Source of the DNA: Lama guanicoe
Taxonomy: Eukaryota
Reading direction: 5' to 3'
DNA length: 64,000 nt
Assembly (NCBI GenBank): GCA_013239625.1
Contig: MU053588.1
Location: forward strand, 1,870,508-1,934,507
The notes beneath the pieces are model-generated. The model saw nothing but the letters and a program-made list of their open reading frames with translations, was not told the DNA's origin and did no database searches. Shown one piece after another: positions 51,497-64,000 of the stretch; within the stretch, counting starts at the first letter, position 1; each line of letters begins with the position of its first letter. The position numbers and the translations under genes are program-made.

Positions 51497-51846
51497 GGGG
51501 GGTACAGCAAGGAGGAGCAAGGCCATCTCCCCCTACTTGCCCCCACCCCCTCCTAGGGTCCTGGGGTGAGGGGGCTCTCCCCCCTGCCCACTGGACCACC
51601 ACTGTCTTTGGTACAATAAATAGAAAACAAGGGGGGAGAGGGGGCCAAGGGTCCAGTCCTTAGCGGGGAGGGTGAGCCTAAACCCCTCTCCTTGACCTCC
51701 TGCCCCAGGCCCCAATCAGTGCAGGCCTCACCCACCCCGGCTGGGTAGCAGCAATTCCAGTCAAGGGGAGAGATGAGGATGGGAGCCCAGGGCCCCCAGA
51801 TGGGGGGGGGTATGGCTTCAGGAGGGGCCCCAGGGAGGGGGCAGGG

Positions 51847-57833
<5,987 letters not shown>

Positions 57834-58912
57834 TCAACAAATGATTACCGAATAAACGAAGTAGGCAGCACAATGAGAGGAACATGGAAAAGAGAATGAT
57901 TGGGAGCCAGGCAGGGATATGGGTCATGATAGGAAAGGACAGAAAGACACCAGTAGTAGGGGGGTGGGGGTGGAGAAGAAAAGAGAAACCGTAGACAGTA
58001 TAGAGAGTAGGGCTCACTCTTTTGTTCCCATTTCTACTCATGGCCCTCCCCAGGGCCCCCTCCCACTAGATCCTGCCCTCCTATAGTTTTCCTGACCGTC
58101 AGGATCTCACGTTACCACAGCAAGGTCCCGCCACTTCAAGAGTGACCCTTCCCTGTAGGTCCCCAATCCAGAGAGCTCTGGGATCCCCCTATACCACATG
58201 AGAATCTCCTGGGCCCCCTCCAAACCACGGCAGAATCCTCTGCCGGCCCCTAAAACCACATCAGGGTCCTCAGGGACTTCCTGACTACACCAGGGTTATC
58301 TGAGGGCCCCTTTAAGAATCTTACCCCTTGGCAGTCTCACCCACCAAGGCGTACCCTTCCCAGGGGACACTCCCCATAGCGTGCCAAGACTTCTTCCCTA
58401 TAATTTCCTCCCACATCAGGGATTAGCCCACCCATAATTTTCTACACCATATTCCAGTTCCCCCATGCCACGTCTGGGCTCTTCCTATTACTCCAAGGTC
58501 CCCCTCCCAATCAAGGACCACTCCTGATGGAAGCAAGGGGAATGCGTCTCTTCCTAGCTCTAGAGTGGATCGTCCTTCTCTTCCCTACTCTGGGTCCTAC
58601 CCACCCCCTACCCCCGCCCCTCGCAACCAATATTCCTGTCAGGTAACTTTCTCCAGTCACTTCTCTACACCAGGGTCAATCCACAACTGTGCCCATTTCT
58701 AGAAGGCCCCCATAGCCAAATTCTCCAAATATCAGAGTTCTCCCTTCCAGAGAATCTACCACACCAAAATCCTCTCCCATGTCAATTCTTTTCTTCAATG
58801 CCAAGCCTTGCCACTCCACGACCCCTCCTCTCGGAGCTCACCTCCTTCCCCAACAACCTCTTCCCCAGGTCCTCCCACACCAGGACCCTCTCTCCCAGAC
58901 CCCTCCCCCTAC

Positions 58913-58991
58913 CCGGGTCAGGGCTGGCGCGGGGCCCACGGGGGGCCGGGGCGCGGTGGGGCCCCCAGTGTGGTGGGCGAGCGGCCAGCAT
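58913..58991 (-). CDS. DYRK1B: DYRK1B alternative coding first exon (p75-type); with 57546-57646 it adds 60 aa
   Basis: gtcgccATG; MLAARPPHWGPHRAPAPRGPRASPDP-G|gtag; 79+101 = 180 nt, in frame with MAVPP. Confidence 0.8.
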
Positions 58992-59703
58992 GGCGACGGT
59001 GGCGGCAGTGAGGAGACGGCCGCCTGTCCCGACCCAGCCGGCCCGGCAAACCAGCGGCGGGGAGGGCAAGCGGGACAGGCGGCCCGGTGGGTGACAACAG
59101 CAGCCGCTGCCGCCGGGGGGCGGGGAGAGGAGGGAACAAGGGTCAGCTCAGGGCACGCGGGGGAAGGGGAAAGCAGGTGGACGGGGGAGGGGGAAGTTAA
59201 CCCTCACCCAGCCAGCCCCGCCCCACAGAGCCACCCGCCCCTGGGGACCCCGGCGTCCCGCCCCCCAACCCTGCGGGACCGCCCCGGCCAGCGAAGCCCA
59301 GTCGGGCGGGGTGGGACTGAGCTTGGCAGTCCACACCTACCATGGCAACAACAGTGCCATTGGCCTCTGCTGCCAAGAGCTCGACCAATCACAGTCCAGG
59401 ACAGCTGTTGCTAGGCGACGACGATGCGGCCGGCGGAGCCAAGCCCAAACAAAGGGCGGGAGAGGGGCCCCACTACCCCCTCCCAGCCTCCCTCCCAAGA
59501 CTGCTCCCTCGGGCTTGGCCTCTTCCAGGAATCCGACTATGAATAGCCAGGCAAGGCCTGCACCTGCCTGCCACCCCCTCCTCTCCTCCCTCGGCCTCGT
59601 GCTAAGTCTTGCGGCGACGCGGGCAGGGCGGGTCCCGTACTGTCCCCCTCACAACGACCGCGTGCGGCCCCGACCATCCGACCGACCGTTGCCACGTCGT
59701 TAC

Positions 59704-59790
59704 CTGAGGGCGTGGGCAAGGGAACTCAAACTGCTCGGGAAGCCCGAGCTCCGACCTGCTCACTGGCTGAAGGTATCCGGCGGACGCGGC
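59704..59790 (-). other. DYRK1B: Probable non-coding first exon (1a) of DYRK1B
   Basis: CAG|GTAACG donor at 59704/59703 within the CpG island; TSS approximate. Confidence 0.55.
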
Positions 59791-60138
59791 GAGCCAGGGC
59801 CCCGATTACCCAGTAATGCAACCAGCAAAATGACCACCACAACAAACCGGCCCCCCCACCCCCGGCTCCGCCCCCGCCCACTCACGTGATCCAGGGCAAC
59901 ACTCTGCGCCTGCGTCCAGAGGAGCTTACCGGGATCCAAGCGCAGTGAGCTACCAACCCCGCCCAAGCGCCAAAATCCACGTTACGGCTGCGCAGGAGGG
60001 AGCTAAGAAAAGAGCATGCGCTGTGTGACTGGCTGCCGATGCCCGCCCCCACCACCGAGCACGTTGATCAAGGGCGCATGCACCCTGTTAATACAGGTCG
60101 CCAAGGAATCAGGGGCAAACCGAGCGACTGATGAGTCT

Positions 60139-60144
60139 TTTAAT
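60139..60144 (-). terminator. FBL polyadenylation signal ATTAAA
   Basis: TTTAAT on the + strand ~60 nt after the stop codon. Confidence 0.7.
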
Positions 60145-60204
60145 AGAAAAACACACGTGTAACAGTAGCAACACAATCTCTCGGGATCCAGATGGTACTG
60201 GGCT

Positions 60205-63200
60205 TCAGTTCTTCACCTTGGGGGGTGGCCTGTGGGAGGAAAAGGGATGAGCAGACTCAGCTTGTCACCACTTTGGGGCACTCGTAACAAGTGCTGACTT
60301 CGGCGGTTCTAGGTTCAGGGGACAGAGATCTCTGCTCACCTGTACACACCCACAACCACAGCGTGGTCTCTCTCGTATGGCTCTAGGGTCAACTGCTCTT
60401 GAGGCTTCATGTTCTCCTGTTGCATCTTTTTCACTTCAGAGGCAAACACGGCCTCGGCAGATGCTGTGGAGTCTATGCAGTTGGCCTGCAGAAGAGAGGA
60501 TTTAAGTCTGCAGCAAAGCCTTGGGCTGCTTTCCCTTTTTTGTGCTCTTTTAAACCAGTAAAATTTTTTATTGGAGACTCAGGCTTTGGAAATGTAGGGA
60601 AAGACTTTGTTAGAGAAGTTTTCAATTTGGTTTGGGTTTGGAACAGGAAGCCCTATTTATCTAAAAGCCAGTGTTTAAGTTTTACACTCTAGTTTTTTTT
60701 TCCCCTACTTCCTCTCCTTTAACAATAGCAATAATGCAGCTGAGAATACTAAAGTGCAGCAAAAGGCTAAGGAATGGTGAATTAAGTTGAAGCGTACACT
60801 GGAGAAGTCTCTGTATTTCGAAATAAAATGTTTTAAAAAATTTACCTACCATTTATCTGGTATTTATGCCAGGCTCTGTTCTAAACACTTTATACACTTT
60901 ATATGTTGAGAAATTTAGTCCTTATATCAACAGTAAAAGACAAAGAGCTAATGCTGCTATTTCACATGTGAAGAAAGAGGCACATAGGTATAGTAACTTG
61001 CTCAAAGCCACACAGCAAGCTGGAATTCAAATTCAGATACTCAAGAGTCAGTGATCACGTACTTAACCACTACAGTTTACTGCCTCTTTAAATAGTAAGC
61101 TTTTTCATTTTGCAGACATTTTTCATTATGTGCTATTTCATTGGGTGGCTGTATAAGCTGGGTAGGGACAGAGGCTGAGAATAGACTGATGGCATTAGGT
61201 GGTTAAGGCCCCCTTATTTTCACTGGCTGCTTGACAGTTAGAGAAGATACCGCCGCCCCATCTTAGGCTCCTCCAAGCCCCATACCTTAATGGAAATCAC
61301 AAAGTGCCCTCCATTACGTAGGAAGGTGTGGGCATTCAAGGCTACAATCCGGGTCTGGTCTGGCTGGGCCACATCGGCAAAGATCACGTCTACCATCGCT
61401 AGGGAGACAAAAGTGGAGGTTAAAAACTGGATGGACCAGATCGTCCCAGCTCCTCCCATGGGGCCTGTGCCCCATCACCAGCAGGTTCCTGGCAGAGTCT
61501 TCCCTGCCACCAGTCTCACTCCTCCCCCCCGGATACCCCACCCTCCACAGTGCCCCCAAGATGGATCCAAAACCCACAGTCACACCATTCATTCATTCTT
61601 CTTGTAAACCATGTTGCCACCTACTCTGTGGCCAGCCCCAGGCTGGGCGTAGGGGACACAGAGACGAGTCAGACCCGGACCCTGCCCTCGAGATGCTTCC
61701 GGGTCTGGGGGGGGGAGACAGACACGTCATCAAAAAGGCAAGTAAAGGTGAGCACTTACAGGCAAGAGCATCTGCAGGACTGGCAAATGAAAACACATTG
61801 CAGGACAAAGGGTATGGTTTGAATGCACAGGGGAAAAAACACTCACAGAAAGGAAAACCAGGGGAATAAAAAGTAGTTTTAAGACAGTGTGATTAAAAAA
61901 CAAAACAAAAAAAGAAAACCTTAAAAAAACAAAAAGATGGTGCAATGAAAACTGATTTTTTTTTTAAAAATCGGGGAAAGCTGACATCAAACTTTTCATC
62001 AGCTATCTCTAGGGGTGGTTTATAAGGTGCTCCATTTTTTACATTATGCTTCTGAATTAAAAAAAAATACAATGTTATTAATATTCACAATGGGCCCCTC
62101 TGGGCCAGGCCAAACTCAGCTGGCACTCTCTGGGTTCTGCTCTCATCAGACAATGATGATGACCTCTGAAGGAGGCTTTTATACATAAGCCAGGGGCAGT
62201 GTAAAAGGTACCATGTTGTAGACAGGGGCAGGAAGTACAGGGGTGCCGAATGGGAGGGACAGGAGATGGGAGGAAAGAAGGCCGGCCCTCCAAGGGTGCC
62301 AGATACCCAAGACCCTAAACTAAAGCGGGACCGCTACCTCCACGATCTCACCTGGATCCCCCCACCCTTTTCATTCGGACAGACTCAAGAGGCCTGTTCA
62401 TCCACTCCAGTTCCATCCGTATCAGGGCTCTGGAGGCCTCTTCCAGGAAACCTGGAGTGGCCTGTCCTACCTCACCTGGGCCAACCCCTAGACCCCTCAC
62501 CGATGAGCATGCGGTATTTGTGTGGGTGCCGGGCATCTTCAATGACAGGAATAATGTTGGTCCTCTTCTTGGCCAAGTTAATGAGGTCACGGCCAGAACG
62601 GTGGGAGAACTCAACTGCATAGACCAGACCATCCTAGAATAAATCAAGTAATAACAGTGATACTAGTTCTCATGTATGGAGTGCCTACTTTGGGCCTATA
62701 TGTTGCAAGAATCTCTTCAAATCCCCAAATCCAAACCCTACCATTTAATCCCCAAATCCAAACCCTACCATTATTTCACAGATGAATAAACTGAGGTCGA
62801 GAGATGTGAAATCACTGGCCAAGGGTTATTCAATCCTGCTTTGTCTGATCTGAGAGCCCAAGCCCCTAATTAAAACCAGGAAGCTAGGGCACAGAGATGA
62901 TGTTGTAACAGTTAAGAATATTTTCAGTGGGCCAGGAACTGCTCTAGGCACTTTAAAGGATGCAACTCATTTATCTTCACAATGACCCTATTTTACACAA
63001 GGGTAAACTGAGACTGAGAGGTTAAGTTACTTGCTGAAAGGGGAGAGGATACAGCTCATGGTAGAACACATGCTTAGCATGCACAAGGTCCTGGATTCAA
63101 CCCCCAGTATGCCCTCTTAACACAAATAAATAAATAAACCCGATAACCTCCCCCCAATTAAAAAAAAAGTAACTTGCTGAAAGCCAACTTCACTGTTACA

Positions 63201-63806
63201 AGCCTGCACCACAGCCCACAGTTTTTAACCACTGAATTACACAGCCTGTAGTTGCATGCTGAGTGAGTCGTGAAGTGGGACGCACAGGCGCCCTCTCAAC
63301 AGGGAGCCTGTCCAGCCAGACAGAAACGCAGGCCCAGAAACTGACTTGGACATCAAAGACCAGATTTGAGGGGTATCAATTTTTAAAGAGGGCAACCAAA
63401 TCAAATAGTCTGGGTATCTACACTCTCAGCTCTGGGCCCCTCTAACACTGGTTGGTCGTCCTGATGCCCAAGCTCCTTCCTTCCAGGCCGAGAACTCAGG
63501 AGTGAGGCTGAATGAAGCTTTGGAGACCATGTAGTACATGCACAGGCACTCTGACCAGGAAGGGCCTGGCTCCAGGCTGGCAGAGGAGGTAGCCTTTCCC
63601 TCCCTCCCGCCTCTTCCCCATCTCTGTTCACTCACCGGGCCTACGATGTCAGAGACGTGGGAGACGGTGGTGCCCGAGGCAGCGCCTAGGTAGAGCACCT
63701 TGGCCCCAGGCTTGATGTGGATCTGGTCCACGCCGCCCAGGATTGCTGCCGCCAGCTTGGAACGGAAGGGGTTCCAGGCGCGGTACTCAATTTTGTCATC
63801 TCCCTC
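60205..63806 (-). CDS. FBL: Fibrillarin (rRNA 2'-O-methyltransferase), 3' partial; complement(join(60205..60229,60340..60485,61286..61398,62501..62633,63636..63806))
   Basis: [25 protein letters not shown]...[40 protein letters not shown]; ...RPPPKVKN*. Phases are consistent; the 5' exons lie beyond the window. Confidence 0.98.
63040..63168 (+). mobile_element. tRNA-Ala-derived SINE in FBL intron, ~17-bp TSD
   Basis: aagt(t/a)acttgctgaaag at 63024-63040 and 63167-63183. Confidence 0.85.
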
Positions 63807-64000
63807 CTGGGCCGGGAGAGATGGGGATGGAAGTCAATGCAAGGCTTCTCTGCAAGACCCTGCTGCTCTGAACTCTAGGGCCCTTTACAAGGGATTGGGC
63901 GCCTGAGCATCGTGCAAGAAATGAACACGGGTGCATATGAGTGACCACGGCAGGCGCAGGGCCTGTCCACTCATGGAGGTTCCTAATTCAGGGAGAAGGG

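Larger units (their letters stand above)
58900..60130 (-). promoter_or_regulatory. DYRK1B CpG island/promoters (GC boxes, TCACGTGA E-box 59882-59889, NRF1-like GCGCATGC, CCAAT, RFX X-box 59407-59419)
   Basis: High CpG density; motifs read directly. Confidence 0.8.

Noticed and set aside
62723..62771. Short tandem duplications (also ~37899-37931, 46059-46088, 47772-47804)
   Set aside because: Two-copy slippage duplications without spacers; not arrays and nothing CRISPR-like.

Overview
Mammalian genomic DNA, most likely camelid, judging by several tRNA-Ala-derived Vic-1-like SINEs. The gene order matches human 19q13.2. An intact 3-exon LEUTX homeobox gene (+, 188 aa, zygotic-genome-activation type, with a DUX-type motif upstream) is followed by ~44 kb of repeat-rich intergenic DNA, then the complete DYRK1B gene (-, 629 aa, with an intact 60-aa alternative N-terminal extension) and the last five coding exons of FBL (-). 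The intergenic region holds an H3.3 (H3F3B-type) retrocopy inside an L1, a decayed ERV-L-like provirus with multiply nested insertions, two apparent L1-mediated transduction/chimeric retroinsertions and an orphan ZNF143/NF-Y/RFX CpG promoter just past the DYRK1B 3' end. It also holds an unexplained chain of micro-exons (41.4-42.4 kb) that splices into a 37-aa Cys-rich ORF. There is a 705-nt assembly gap. Repeat family names and boundaries were assigned by eye and are approximate.
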